Source: an uncultured Candidatus Saccharibacteria bacterium (GTDB lineage Bacteria; Patescibacteriota; Saccharimonadia; Saccharimonadales; Saccharimonadaceae). From it: DNA of 64,000 nucleotides. The stretch is taken from positions 1,223 to 65,222 of the forward strand of contig CAZXEG010000001.1 of the NCBI GenBank assembly GCA_964639835.1, read 5' to 3'. Below, one piece after another: positions 1-8,898 of the stretch (position 1 is its first letter; every line of letters starts with the position of its first letter). The notes below the pieces were generated by a model. That model saw only the letters and a program-made list of their open reading frames with translations. It made no database searches and was not told the DNA's origin. The position numbers were made by a program, and so were the translations under genes.

Positions 1-1
1 G

Positions 2-151
2 TTCTTTGAGGGACTTTCGGCCGATCCGGCGCTGAGTCGGGCGATTGCGATGGGTGAGCGGGAGATTTTGTCGAGATTGAAGCTGATTGCTGAAGATGGG
101 GAGGCGGTGCGTCAGAAATTGGCGAAAATAGCGAAAACGTCGGGCCAATAA
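2..151 (+). CDS. 3' end of an unidentified CDS (partial, runs off the left edge)
   Basis: Open frame FFEGLSADPALSRAIAMGERE...KTSGQ ending TAA at 149-151; not in the ORF track. Confidence 0.55.
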   Translation, partial: FFEGLSADPALSRAIAMGEREILSRLKLIAEDGEAVRQKLAKIAKTSGQ

Positions 152-174
152 AAAACAGCAGTGAGGATGCTGTT
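151..174 (-). terminator. Intrinsic terminator after tRNA-Leu (possibly bidirectional)
   Basis: aacagca/tgctgtt 7-bp stem flanked by an A-run that is a U-tract on the minus strand. Confidence 0.55.
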
Positions 175-176
175 AG

Positions 177-263
177 TGGTGCCCGAGACAGGGGTTGAAC
201 CTGCACGTCCGTGAAGACACTAGCACCTGAAGCTAGCGCGTCTGCCAATTCCGCCACTCGGGC
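177..263 (-). tRNA. tRNA-Leu(CAG)
   Basis: Minus strand GCCCGAGTGGCGGAATTGGCAGACGCGCTAGC-TTCAGGT-GCTAG, long variable arm, GGTTCAA T-loop, encoded ACCA end. Confidence 0.95.
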
Positions 264-281
264 ATAATTCAATTATACCAT

Positions 282-484
282 AAAAATCCCCCGGGCGCTA
301 GACCCGGGGGTAAGGGGGTGGAACGGAAATGCCGCCATGTGTGCATATTTGGCACACCTCATACAATATAAATGAAATATGCAGATGGCAGCGGGATAAT
401 AATTATTTTAAGTGGCCTTCTCAGCTAAAATTTTGGTTTTGTGGCGTTCTCGCCTCCTCAGATGGAAAAGAACTACCCCCATTA
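282..484 (-). ncRNA. Candidate ~200-nt structured noncoding transcript
   Basis: Minus-strand TTGCAT-17-TATAAT promoter (519-491), terminator at 288-310 with U-tract, internal stems 331-350/375-392, end pairing 313-321/473-480; no convincing ORF. Confidence 0.4.
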
Positions 485-490
485 ATATAT

Positions 491-532
491 ATTATATCAC
501 ACTTTGCGGAAAAATGCAAGGTTTAGTATAAT
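491..532. promoter_or_regulatory. Overlapping divergent sigma70-type promoters
   Basis: + TTGCGG(504)-17-TATAAT(527-532) for pgi; minus TTGCAT-17-TATAAT (519..491). Confidence 0.7.
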
Positions 533-555
533 GGGAATAATAAGCTGGAGGTTTT

Positions 556-1713
556 ATGATTACAGTAAATTGTGCGCCAGAGGTGGACGAGGCGAGGACG
601 CGGGAGATTCTAGAGGAGATTTTGAAGGACGAGATGGGGGGATTTTTGGAATTGCCGCGTCGAATTGATATGGCGGAGCTTTCGCGGGTGAAAGAGGCGG
701 CGGCGAAAATTCGGGATGAATCTGAGGTGGTGGTGTGTATTGGAATCGGCGGGTCGTATCTGGGGCATCGAGCGGTAATCGAAGCACTTTTGAACCCGGG
801 TGAAGTGCGGATGGTGTATGCGGGGAATTCGCTGAGCGCGAGAGAGCTGGAAAGGGCGGTAGAAGAAGTAGGGGAAGCGGATTTTTCGGTGATTGTGATA
901 TCAAAATCAGGGACGACGCTGGAGCCGGCGCGAGCGTTCCAAATGTTTCGGCGGAAATTGGTGGAGAAGTATGGCGAAGAGGGAGCGGCTCCTAGGATTT
1001 ATGCGGTGACGGATGCGAAGAGTGGGGCTTTCTTCGATGAGGCGGTGAGCAAGGGGTATGCTAGGTTTGTGGTGCCGGATAATGTGGGCGGGCGGTACTC
1101 GGTGCTTTCTTCGGTGGGGCTTTTGCCGATGGCGGTGATGGGGGTGGATATTGATGCGCTGCTCTCTGGGGCGGCGGAGGAAGCGGAGCGAGTGGCTCTA
1201 GCGATGCGGGACGGGGGAGCTTCTGAACTTGCGTGTGCGAAATATGCATGGATGCGACATGCGTTATTTATGCGGGGGTATGATACGGAGGTGTTTGCGA
1301 GTTTTGAGCCGGCGACGAGGTATTTCAATGAGTGGTTAAAGCAACTGTTTGGTGAGAGTGAGGGGAAGAATGGGCAGGGGGCGTGGCCGGCGAGCGTGAT
1401 TTATTCGACGGATTTACATTCTTTGGGACAGTTTATGCAGGAGGGGCGGCGGAATTTGTGGGAGACGATTATTAATTACCCGACGGATGAGCTGAATGCG
1501 AAAGTGGTGACTGCGGTTAGAATAGCGCATGCGGAGGGTGGGATACCAGTACTCTGTGTGGACGTGCCGACGTATGATGCAAAGGGGTTTGGGGAATTGA
1601 TTTATTTCTTTGAGGTGGCGTGTGCGGTCTCGGCGAAACTTGCGGGGGTGAATCCGTTTGATCAGCCGGGGGTGGAGCGGTATAAGGCGGAGCTCAAAAA
1701 ACTTATCGCTTGA
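556..1713 (+). CDS. pgi: Glucose-6-phosphate isomerase (short form)
   Basis: GIGGSYLG, SKSGTTLE, VGGRYSVLS, NPFDQPGVE motifs; GGAGG RBS. Confidence 0.95.
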   Translation: MITVNCAPEVDEARTREILEEILKDEMGGFLELPRRIDMAELSRVKEAAAKIRDESEVVVCIGIGGSYLGHRAVIEALLNPGEVRMVYAGNSLSARELERAVEEVGEADFSVIVISKSGTTLEPARAFQMFRRKLVEKYGEEGAAPRIYAVTDAKSGAFFDEAVSKGYARFVVPDNVGGRYSVLSSVGLLPMAVMGVDIDALLSGAAEEAERVALAMRDGGASELACAKYAWMRHALFMRGYDTEVFASFEPATRYFNEWLKQLFGESEGKNGQGAWPASVIYSTDLHSLGQFMQEGRRNLWETIINYPTDELNAKVVTAVRIAHAEGGIPVLCVDVPTYDAKGFGELIYFFEVACAVSAKLAGVNPFDQPGVERYKAELKKLIA

Positions 1714-2644
1714 CGATGGTGCCGGCTTTGCCGGCGAGAGCGAGTTCGAGGAAATCGATGTCGGTGATGATGCCGGTGCCGCCTTTTTTGGCGAAGGCGA
1801 TGGCGGCCTCGACTTTGGGAAGCATGGAGCCGGGCTTGAAGTAGCCACTTTTTTCGAGATGTGCGAGTTCGTGGGCGGTAATTTTGCCGATGGCGACTTG
1901 GTCTTTGGTGCCGTAATTGATGTAAACGTTCTTTACGGCGGTGACGGAAACGAAAATGTCGGCTTTTGTGAGCTCGGCGAGTTTCTCGGCGGCAAAATCC
2001 TTGTCAATGACGGCATCGACGCCTTTAAGACGTTTCAAAATTTTGGTGCGGTAGACGGGGATGCCACCACCGCCGGCGGTGATGACGATGACGCCACTTT
2101 CGACGAGCGCGGTGATGGTGCGCTTCTCGACTATATCGATAGGCCTAGGAGAAGGTACGACGCGACGCCAGCCGCGGCCGGCGTCTTCTTTGACTGTCCA
2201 GCCTTTGGTTTTTGCGAGCATTTTGGCGGTTTTTGCATCGTAAAATTCGCCGATGGGTTTTTCGGGGCGCTTGAAGGCAGGGTCGTTTTTGTCTACTACG
2301 ACTTGGGAAACGATGGTGGCGATCTTTTTGTGTTGACCGCGTTTCAAAAAAGCGTTGTTGATGGCCTGGGCGAGCCAGTAGCCGATTTGGCCTTGGCTCA
2401 TGGCGACGGCGGTTTCGAGGGGCATGGCGGGGGCTTTTTCGGTGGCGGCAGATTCTTCGTGGATGAGAATATTGCCGACTTGGGGGCCGTTGCCGTGGGC
2501 GATGATAATTTCGTATTTGCTAGATAAGTCCGCGATGACTTCGCCGACGGTTTGTGCGACTTGTTTTTGAGCCGTGGCAGTGACTTCGCCGTTTTTTTGC
2601 AAGGCGTTGCCACCGAGGGCTAGTACGATACGTTTCTTTGCCAT
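1703..2644 (-). CDS. arcC: Carbamate kinase
   Basis: ALGGNAL, HGNGPQVG, GRGWRRVVPSP, GGGGIPV, VIDKD, GSMLPKVEA; start moved to MAKKR, 7 nt after TATAAT. Confidence 0.95.
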   Translation of the reverse strand: MAKKRIVLALGGNALQKNGEVTATAQKQVAQTVGEVIADLSSKYEIIIAHGNGPQVGNILIHEESAATEKAPAMPLETAVAMSQGQIGYWLAQAINNAFLKRGQHKKIATIVSQVVVDKNDPAFKRPEKPIGEFYDAKTAKMLAKTKGWTVKEDAGRGWRRVVPSPRPIDIVEKRTITALVESGVIVITAGGGGIPVYRTKILKRLKGVDAVIDKDFAAEKLAELTKADIFVSVTAVKNVYINYGTKDQVAIGKITAHELAHLEKSGYFKPGSMLPKVEAAIAFAKKGGTGIITDIDFLELALAGKAGTIVKR

Positions 2645-2685
2645 AATTTTATTATAGCACAAAAGGCTTATGGTATAATGGGGTT

Positions 2686-3561
2686 ATGAAGCAGAAAAAA
2701 CGAACTAAGAAAAAGAAACTTGAATGGCCAAAATGGGTGGCGCTGATAAGCGGTTTTGTGATCGCGGTGGCGGTGATGGTGGGGGTGATTTTGGTGCAGG
2801 CACAGCCGGCAGATTACATTGTGGAGACGAATGCGTTTTTTGCGCCGTTTGAATTTTACGAGGGGAGAGAGATCAAGGGGGTGGATGTGGAAATCATTAA
2901 CCGGGTGGCGAAGCACATGGGGAAGAAGATTAAGATTGTCGACGTGGAGTTTGACGTGATTATCGATAACGTCGAGGCAGGGAAGATTGCGGACGCGGGG
3001 GCGGCGGGGTTGACGATCACGCCGGCAAGGGCGGAGAAAGTGAATTTTTCGATTCCGTATTATAATTCGGTGCAGTATGTAATATATAGTAAGACGGCGG
3101 AGCCAGAGTCGCGGAATGGGCATATTCTGTGGAATGCTTTGGCGGGAAAGACGCTGGGTTCGCAGACCGGAGGGACGGGATATTTGTTTGTTTCGGATGA
3201 AATTGATACGGGTGTCTTGAAGGATACGGGGGCGGTAACCAAGGGATTTGATTCGTATCAGCTGGCGGCGGATGCTATTTCTTCGCATTTGGTTGATTAT
3301 GCGATTGCGGATGAGTTGGCGGCAAAATTTATTGTGGCGAAAAATGATAATTTGGCGGCGATGCCACTTTACTATGCGGGTGAAACGCCAGCAGAAGATT
3401 ATGCGACGGAGGAAGCTTATGCTATCGCGGTGAACAAGGAGCGGGGCGAGCTTCTGGAAGCGTTTAACGTGGTTTTGGCGGAGATGTTGACAGAAGACGC
3501 AGAGGGGAAAACGGAGATTGACCGGCTGATCTTACAATACATGGGTTTTTCGGATGAATGA
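2686..3561 (+). CDS. Polar amino-acid ABC transporter substrate-binding protein
   Basis: FAPFEF, GVDVEI, AGLTITPARAEKVNFSIPYY (SBP family 3); N-terminal TM anchor. Confidence 0.9.
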   Translation: MKQKKRTKKKKLEWPKWVALISGFVIAVAVMVGVILVQAQPADYIVETNAFFAPFEFYEGREIKGVDVEIINRVAKHMGKKIKIVDVEFDVIIDNVEAGKIADAGAAGLTITPARAEKVNFSIPYYNSVQYVIYSKTAEPESRNGHILWNALAGKTLGSQTGGTGYLFVSDEIDTGVLKDTGAVTKGFDSYQLAADAISSHLVDYAIADELAAKFIVAKNDNLAAMPLYYAGETPAEDYATEEAYAIAVNKERGELLEAFNVVLAEMLTEDAEGKTEIDRLILQYMGFSDE

Positions 3562-4252
3562 TTTTTGGGGCAAGATAGTAGAGCTATTTAGTACGCCGGA
3601 ATATATTGATGCACTACTGCACGGGTTTTTGCTGACGCTTGAGATTGCGTTTTTGGCGATTTTGGTGGGGTTGGCGCTCGGGACGGTGATTGCGCTAGTC
3701 GAGACGGCGGAAAAGTCGAAGTGGCTGGCTTTGCCGAAGTTTGTTTGCCGGGTGTATACGACGGTGATTCGTGGCACGCCGATGGCGCTACAATTGTTTA
3801 TTATGTTTTTTATTATTTTTGCGATTCGGGGGTTTCCAGAAATTGTGACGGCGGTTTTGGCGTTTGGGTTTAATTCGGCGGCGTATACGTCGGAGGTGAT
3901 TCGGAGTGGGATACAGTCAGTGGATCCGGGGCAAAAAGAGGCGGGGCTGGCGCTGGGACTGAAGAATGTGACAGTGATGAGAAAAATTGTGATACCGCAA
4001 GCGATCAAGAATATCATTCCGGCGCTTGGCAATGAAATAATCACGGTTTTGAAGGAAACGGCGATTGTGAGTATGGTGGGGATGTATGACCTAAACATGG
4101 CAGCTAAGGATATCGGGTCGGGACAGAATATGGCGAGCTATGTGGTGCCGATGTTTACGGCGGCACTGTTTTACCTTGCGACGGTGTATTTGATCGCGTT
4201 TGCGGTTAAAATGATCGAGAAGCGGTTAAGAAGAAGCGAGGCGCGCGTATGA
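3554..4252 (+). CDS. Amino-acid ABC transporter permease
   Basis: [28 protein letters not shown] (EAA loop). Confidence 0.92.
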   Translation: MNDFWGKIVELFSTPEYIDALLHGFLLTLEIAFLAILVGLALGTVIALVETAEKSKWLALPKFVCRVYTTVIRGTPMALQLFIMFFIIFAIRGFPEIVTAVLAFGFNSAAYTSEVIRSGIQSVDPGQKEAGLALGLKNVTVMRKIVIPQAIKNIIPALGNEIITVLKETAIVSMVGMYDLNMAAKDIGSGQNMASYVVPMFTAALFYLATVYLIAFAVKMIEKRLRRSEARV

Positions 4253-4986
4253 ATGAACCAAAAAACACGTTGCTGACAGTGGCGGCTTTAAAGAAATCTT
4301 TTGGTAAAAACGCGGTGCTTAGAGGCGTGAATTTTGAACTAAAAACGGGGGAACGAGTAGTGATTTTGGGGCCGAGTGGCTCGGGTAAGTCGACGTTTTT
4401 GAGATGCATAAATAGGTTGGAACAGCCAACGAGCGGAGCGGTGATTTTTGACGGAGTTTTGATAACGGATAAAAATGTGACGAAGATGCGACAACACATT
4501 GGGATGGTGTTTCAGCATTTTAATTTGATTAATAATTTGACCGTGATGGAGAATTTGACTTTGGCGCCAGTGAAATTGAAGTTAATGGATGAGGAAGCGG
4601 CGGAGCAAAAGGCGAAGCGGCTTTTGAAGCACATCGGACTTTTTGGCAAGCAAAAGGCGTATCCGGCGAGTTTGTCGGGCGGGCAAAAGCAAAGGATTGC
4701 GATTATACGGGCGATGATGATGGACCCGCAGATTTTGCTGTTTGATGAACCGACTTCGGCGCTTGACCCGGAATCGATTGGTGACGTACTGTCGCTCATA
4801 CGGGAGCTAGCGGAAAGAGGGATGACGATTGTGATCGTGACACACGAAATGAACTTTGCCAAAGAAATTGCGACGAGAGTGGTGTTTATGGACGAAGGGA
4901 AAATTGTGGAAGAAGGTACGCCGAGAGAATTTTTTGCGCATCCGAAAACCAAACGAGTGCAAGAATTTTTGAAAAAAGTTCTGTAG
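4249..4986 (+). CDS. Amino-acid ABC transporter ATP-binding protein (GlnQ-like)
   Basis: [35 protein letters not shown]. Confidence 0.95.
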   Translation: MNEPKNTLLTVAALKKSFGKNAVLRGVNFELKTGERVVILGPSGSGKSTFLRCINRLEQPTSGAVIFDGVLITDKNVTKMRQHIGMVFQHFNLINNLTVMENLTLAPVKLKLMDEEAAEQKAKRLLKHIGLFGKQKAYPASLSGGQKQRIAIIRAMMMDPQILLFDEPTSALDPESIGDVLSLIRELAERGMTIVIVTHEMNFAKEIATRVVFMDEGKIVEEGTPREFFAHPKTKRVQEFLKKVL

Positions 4987-5047
4987 GTGTTTTGGTGCCG
5001 AAAGAAGACGCTTGCGCTTAGAATGGACTTGGTATATAATGTTCAGT

Positions 5048-6064
5048 ATGGATGGGTATACACTAACACATAAAACACCAACAAGAAAAGATTTTATCGA
5101 TACGGCGGATTTTGATCAGTCGGAGATACTTGATATTATCAATACTGCGCGAATTGTGCGGGAGTATATTAAGGGGGGTGGCTATCTGAACTCGCTGTAC
5201 CATAAGACGCTAGCGATGGTATTTGAACAAAAGTCGACGAGGACGCGGGTGTCTTTTGAGGTGGCGATGGCGCAACTCGGAGGATATGCGCTGAACCTAG
5301 CACCAGGGGCGATACAGCTGGGTGGACATGAAACGATCGAGGACACGGCGCACGTTTTGGGGCGGATGTGTGATATGTTGATGTCGCGTGTGGATCGTCA
5401 CGAGTCAATTGAGGCCTTGGCAAAGTATTCGGCGGTGCCGGTGCTCAATGGGATGAGCGACCGAGTGCACCCGACGCAGGGGGTGGGGGATATGATTACG
5501 ATTTTTGATCATTGGCCGGCTGGGAAACAGGCTTCGCAGATCAAGGTGGTGTTCGTGGGGGATGCGACACAGGTTTGCAATACTTTGTGCGAAATGACGA
5601 CTAAGATGGGGATGAATTTTGTACACTATGGACCGGAAAATCACCGGATTAGTGATGAATGGTTGGGGATCGGAGCGGCGAATGTGGCGAAGTACGGTGG
5701 CTCATGCACGTGGAGCGATGACCCAGCGAGCCTTTTAGGAGCAGATTTTATCTATACGGATGTGTGGTATGGGCTTTATGACGCGGAGACGCCGAAGGAA
5801 GAGTACATGAAAGACTTTTACCCGAAATATCAAGTAAATGAAGAACTAATGATGGCGACCGGGAATCCAAATTGCAAATTTATGCATTGTTTGCCGGCGA
5901 ACCGGAATGAAGAAGTGACAGATGCAGTGCTAGACGGAGCAAATTCGGTGGCGTGGGATGAAGCGGAAAATCGTTTGACAGCGCAGCGAGGGCTGGTGCT
6001 CTATTTTGGCGGGGCAGCGCAGAGTACGCTCGATTACATTAAAGGCCAAAAGGAGGCAGTCTAG
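5048..6064 (+). CDS. aguB: Putrescine carbamoyltransferase
   Basis: STRTR, HPTQ and HCLP carbamoyltransferase motifs plus the PTCase-type YTDVWYGLYDAE...FYPKYQVN segment; adjacent to aguD/aguA; start at MDGY, 7 nt after TATAAT. Confidence 0.88.
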   Translation: MDGYTLTHKTPTRKDFIDTADFDQSEILDIINTARIVREYIKGGGYLNSLYHKTLAMVFEQKSTRTRVSFEVAMAQLGGYALNLAPGAIQLGGHETIEDTAHVLGRMCDMLMSRVDRHESIEALAKYSAVPVLNGMSDRVHPTQGVGDMITIFDHWPAGKQASQIKVVFVGDATQVCNTLCEMTTKMGMNFVHYGPENHRISDEWLGIGAANVAKYGGSCTWSDDPASLLGADFIYTDVWYGLYDAETPKEEYMKDFYPKYQVNEELMMATGNPNCKFMHCLPANRNEEVTDAVLDGANSVAWDEAENRLTAQRGLVLYFGGAAQSTLDYIKGQKEAV

Positions 6065-6126
6065 TTAGAAAGCTCAAAAGATATACGAAGATTGGCAAAA
6101 ATTAAAAGAAAGGAGAAAGTTAAAAA

Positions 6127-7620
6127 ATGCCAAAGAAAAAATATAAGTTCAGACTGCTTTCGGCGGTTTTTGCGACGGTCTGTATAATTTTGGTTGGGGA
6201 TGCAGTGGCGCCAACGGCGGCGATCGGCAACTCAATGTATATTTGGTGGGCAATTATGCTCATCGGTTTCTTCGTGCCATACGCGCTGATTTCGGCGGAG
6301 CTTGGTACGCAATATCCGTCTGAAGGCGGTATGTATACGTGGATTAAAAAAGCCTTTGGTAAAAAATGGGCAGCTAGGGTAGCGTGGTTTTATTGGGTGA
6401 ATTTCCCACTGTGGATTGCTTCGCTGGCTGATCTTATTACCACGATGATCATGCAGATGTTTGGCATCGAGATGGAAATGTGGATGGTACTGGCAATTCA
6501 GCTATTCTATATTGCGCTAGTGACGGTGCTCGGCATGCTGAGAATCTCGCAGTCCGACTGGGTATCGAACATTGGTGCGGTAATCAAGATGATACTGCTT
6601 GGCGCGATCGGCTTTTTGGGGCTCTATGTGCTATTCACGAAGGGGACAGCGAACCCGATTGAAGGTTGGCAGGATTTTGTACCACTAGCATCGGCGGACG
6701 GGGGGATTGATTGGGCCGGGCTTAGTTTTGTATCGCTGATCATCTTTAACATGCTTGGCTTTGAGGTGGTAGGTACGTTTTACGATGATATGGACAAGCC
6801 GAAATCGCAAATTCCAAAGGCAATTGTGCTCGGTGGGATTTTGATTGCGATTTTCTACATCTTCCCGTCATTTGGCATGGGCGTAGGTACGCCGTTTGAA
6901 GAGATCCAGACTAATACTGGTTTCCTCGATTCCTATAATGTATTAATGGCGAATGCCGGAATTGGCGAAGCCGCGATTCAAGCAATTACGATCGTGGTGG
7001 GAGGTCTATTCATCTTGACGCTAATTTCTAACATTTCCTCTTGGACGTTTGGTGTGTACTCGGTGACTGCGTACGCAGCGGAAGATGGAGCGTTCCCGAA
7101 GTCTTGGGCAAAGCGCAACAAAGACGGTGCGCCGTATGTAGTAAGTATTTGGACGGGCATTATCGCGGCGATTTTGTCTGCGGCGGGCGTGTTTATCGCT
7201 TATGCGTTGCCGGAGATGGGCGTGGATGAAGGATTCCTAGAAGGCTTTTCAAATATGTTCTGGGCATTCTTCTCGCTGTCCTTGGTATGTCTACTTCTTT
7301 CTTACATTCCGATGTTTGCGGCGTTTATTAAGCTTCACAAAGCTGGTCCGCAGGTTAAGAATGGCTACTGGGTCAAAATTGGGCCGGTGCTTAGGTGGCT
7401 GATGGGGGTGGTGCCACTGATACTTCTAGGCATAGCTTTGTTCTTTACGCTAGTGCCGGTTCCGGACGATCTTGCAACGACTTGGGAAGAAAATAACGTG
7501 TTGATTATTTCGACGGTTGTGTGTATCGTGATCGGTGAAATAATGGTACTAAACATGTCGCGAAAGGATCGCAAGAAAAAACTAGCAAGAAAAAGTTCAA
7601 GAAAGGCAATAAAGGCTTAA
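6127..7620 (+). CDS. aguD: Agmatine/putrescine antiporter (APC family)
   Basis: About 12 TM segments, SAELGTQYPSEGGMYTWIKKAFG, GFEVVG; position between aguB and aguA; AAAGGAG RBS. Confidence 0.82.
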   Translation: MPKKKYKFRLLSAVFATVCIILVGDAVAPTAAIGNSMYIWWAIMLIGFFVPYALISAELGTQYPSEGGMYTWIKKAFGKKWAARVAWFYWVNFPLWIASLADLITTMIMQMFGIEMEMWMVLAIQLFYIALVTVLGMLRISQSDWVSNIGAVIKMILLGAIGFLGLYVLFTKGTANPIEGWQDFVPLASADGGIDWAGLSFVSLIIFNMLGFEVVGTFYDDMDKPKSQIPKAIVLGGILIAIFYIFPSFGMGVGTPFEEIQTNTGFLDSYNVLMANAGIGEAAIQAITIVVGGLFILTLISNISSWTFGVYSVTAYAAEDGAFPKSWAKRNKDGAPYVVSIWTGIIAAILSAAGVFIAYALPEMGVDEGFLEGFSNMFWAFFSLSLVCLLLSYIPMFAAFIKLHKAGPQVKNGYWVKIGPVLRWLMGVVPLILLGIALFFTLVPVPDDLATTWEENNVLIISTVVCIVIGEIMVLNMSRKDRKKKLARKSSRKAIKA

Positions 7621-7630
7621 AATAAAAAGT

Positions 7631-7662
7631 CCTAAAAAGATTCCTGCGGGAGTCTTTTTAGG
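7631..7662 (+). other. Intercistronic hairpin between aguD and aguA
   Basis: cctaaaaagattcc/ggagtctttttagg 14-bp stem with one G-U. Confidence 0.55.
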
Positions 7663-7689
7663 CTTTAACGATAAAATAAAGGAGGTTTT

Positions 7690-8823
7690 ATGAAATTAAC
7701 TTCAACACCGAAACAAGATGGGTTCTACATGCCATCGGAGCTGGCGCCACATAAATGTACGTGGCTACTATGGCCAGAGCGACCAGATAACTGGCGCGGA
7801 GGGGCGAAACCGGCGCAGAAGGCGTTTCGGCAAGTAGTGGAAACAATTGCAAAATACGAACCGGTGGTACTGGGCGTGAACCAATCGCAGTATGCGCACG
7901 TTCTGGGTATGAATATGAAAAATGTGTCGGTAGTGGAAATATCGAATAATGATTCGTGGATACGGGATACTGGCGCGACGATGGTGGTGAATGATAAGGG
8001 TGAGATGCGAGCGGTAGATTGGGGTTTTAATGGCTACGGTGGACTAGTAGATGGTATTTATTTCCCGTGGGATCTAGATGATATGATTGCGGCAAAAATG
8101 GCGAACATTGAGGGTGTAGATAGATACCGAGCGGAGGATTTCGTGTTGGAAGGCGGTTCGATTCACTCGGATGGTGAGGGAACGCTACTCGTAACCGAAG
8201 AAACTTTGTTGTCGGAAGGGCGGAATCCAGGAATGACGCGCGAAGAAATTGAGGCGAAATTGATAGAATATACGGGATGTGAGAAAGTTTTGTGGTTGCC
8301 ATATGGCGTATATAAGGATGAAGATACAAACGGCCACGTGGATAATATTTGTCAATTTGTGGCGCCTGCGAAAGTGGTTTTGGCCTGGGAGGATGACGAA
8401 TCGGATCCGCAATATGAACGTTCGAAAGCGGACCTTGAGTATTTGGAATCAGTAACGGATGCGAAGGGGCGGAAGTTGGAAGTGCATAAAATTCACGTGC
8501 CGCGAGTGGTGACGATTACAAAAGAAGAGTCGGAGGGGGTGGATGTAGTGGAGGGGACGTTCCCGCGGAATGAAGGCGATAGACTGCCGGCGTCGTATGT
8601 GAATTATTATAATTGCAACGGGGCGATTATCTTGCCGATATTTAATGATCCGTATGATGCAGATGCGGTAAGGGTTTTGAAGGAATTGTTCCCGGATCGA
8701 GTGATCGAGCCGATTTATGCAAGGGAAATTCTATTGGGTGGGGGCAATATACATTGTATCACGCAACAGGTTCCAAATGGGACTTTCTTTGGGAAAGAAA
8801 GTCCCAACGAAAGAAACCAGTAA
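7690..8823 (+). CDS. aguA: Agmatine deiminase (peptidylarginine deiminase superfamily)
   Basis: WPERPDNWR, DSWIRD, LEGGSIHSDGEG, TNGHVD, GGGNIHCITQQ with catalytic Cys. Confidence 0.95.
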   Translation: MKLTSTPKQDGFYMPSELAPHKCTWLLWPERPDNWRGGAKPAQKAFRQVVETIAKYEPVVLGVNQSQYAHVLGMNMKNVSVVEISNNDSWIRDTGATMVVNDKGEMRAVDWGFNGYGGLVDGIYFPWDLDDMIAAKMANIEGVDRYRAEDFVLEGGSIHSDGEGTLLVTEETLLSEGRNPGMTREEIEAKLIEYTGCEKVLWLPYGVYKDEDTNGHVDNICQFVAPAKVVLAWEDDESDPQYERSKADLEYLESVTDAKGRKLEVHKIHVPRVVTITKEESEGVDVVEGTFPRNEGDRLPASYVNYYNCNGAIILPIFNDPYDADAVRVLKELFPDRVIEPIYAREILLGGGNIHCITQQVPNGTFFGKESPNERNQ

Positions 8824-8867
8824 GAAATTAAAGTCAGGCACATGTCCTGACTTTAATTTTGATTATA
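8778..8867 (+). repeat. Two-hairpin repeat family A, copy 1
   Basis: TGGGACTTTCTTT-ggg-AAAGAAAGTCCCA, linker ACGAAAGAAACCAGTAAG, AAATTAAAGTCAGG-cacatgt-CCTGACTTTAATTT, TGATTATA. Confidence 0.85.
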
Positions 8868-8868
8868 A

Positions 8869-8895
8869 CATCTTCTCGGCTTTGCCGAGAAGATG
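8869..8895. terminator. Hairpin between convergent aguA and gpmI
   Basis: catcttctcggc-ttt-gccgagaagatg 12-bp perfect stem. Confidence 0.6.
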
Positions 8896-8898
8896 GGG

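Noticed and set aside
311-330. T-box-like GGGTGGAAC motif
   Set aside because: Imperfect, no stem I or terminator context, and no amino-acid gene downstream under its control.
329-526. 65-aa + strand ORF
   Set aside because: No RBS or promoter, atypical composition, and it overlaps the pgi promoter and an opposite-strand promoter-terminator unit.
1658-2527. Long acidic ORF antisense to arcC, and similar shadow ORFs over gpmI, fba, pnp, clpC and murC
   Set aside because: Antisense frames of well-supported genes, favoured by the strand compositional bias.
5048-6064. Ornithine carbamoyltransferase (arcB/argF) call
   Set aside because: The DVWYGLY segment and adjacency to aguD/aguA favour putrescine carbamoyltransferase; no SMG ornithine-binding loop.
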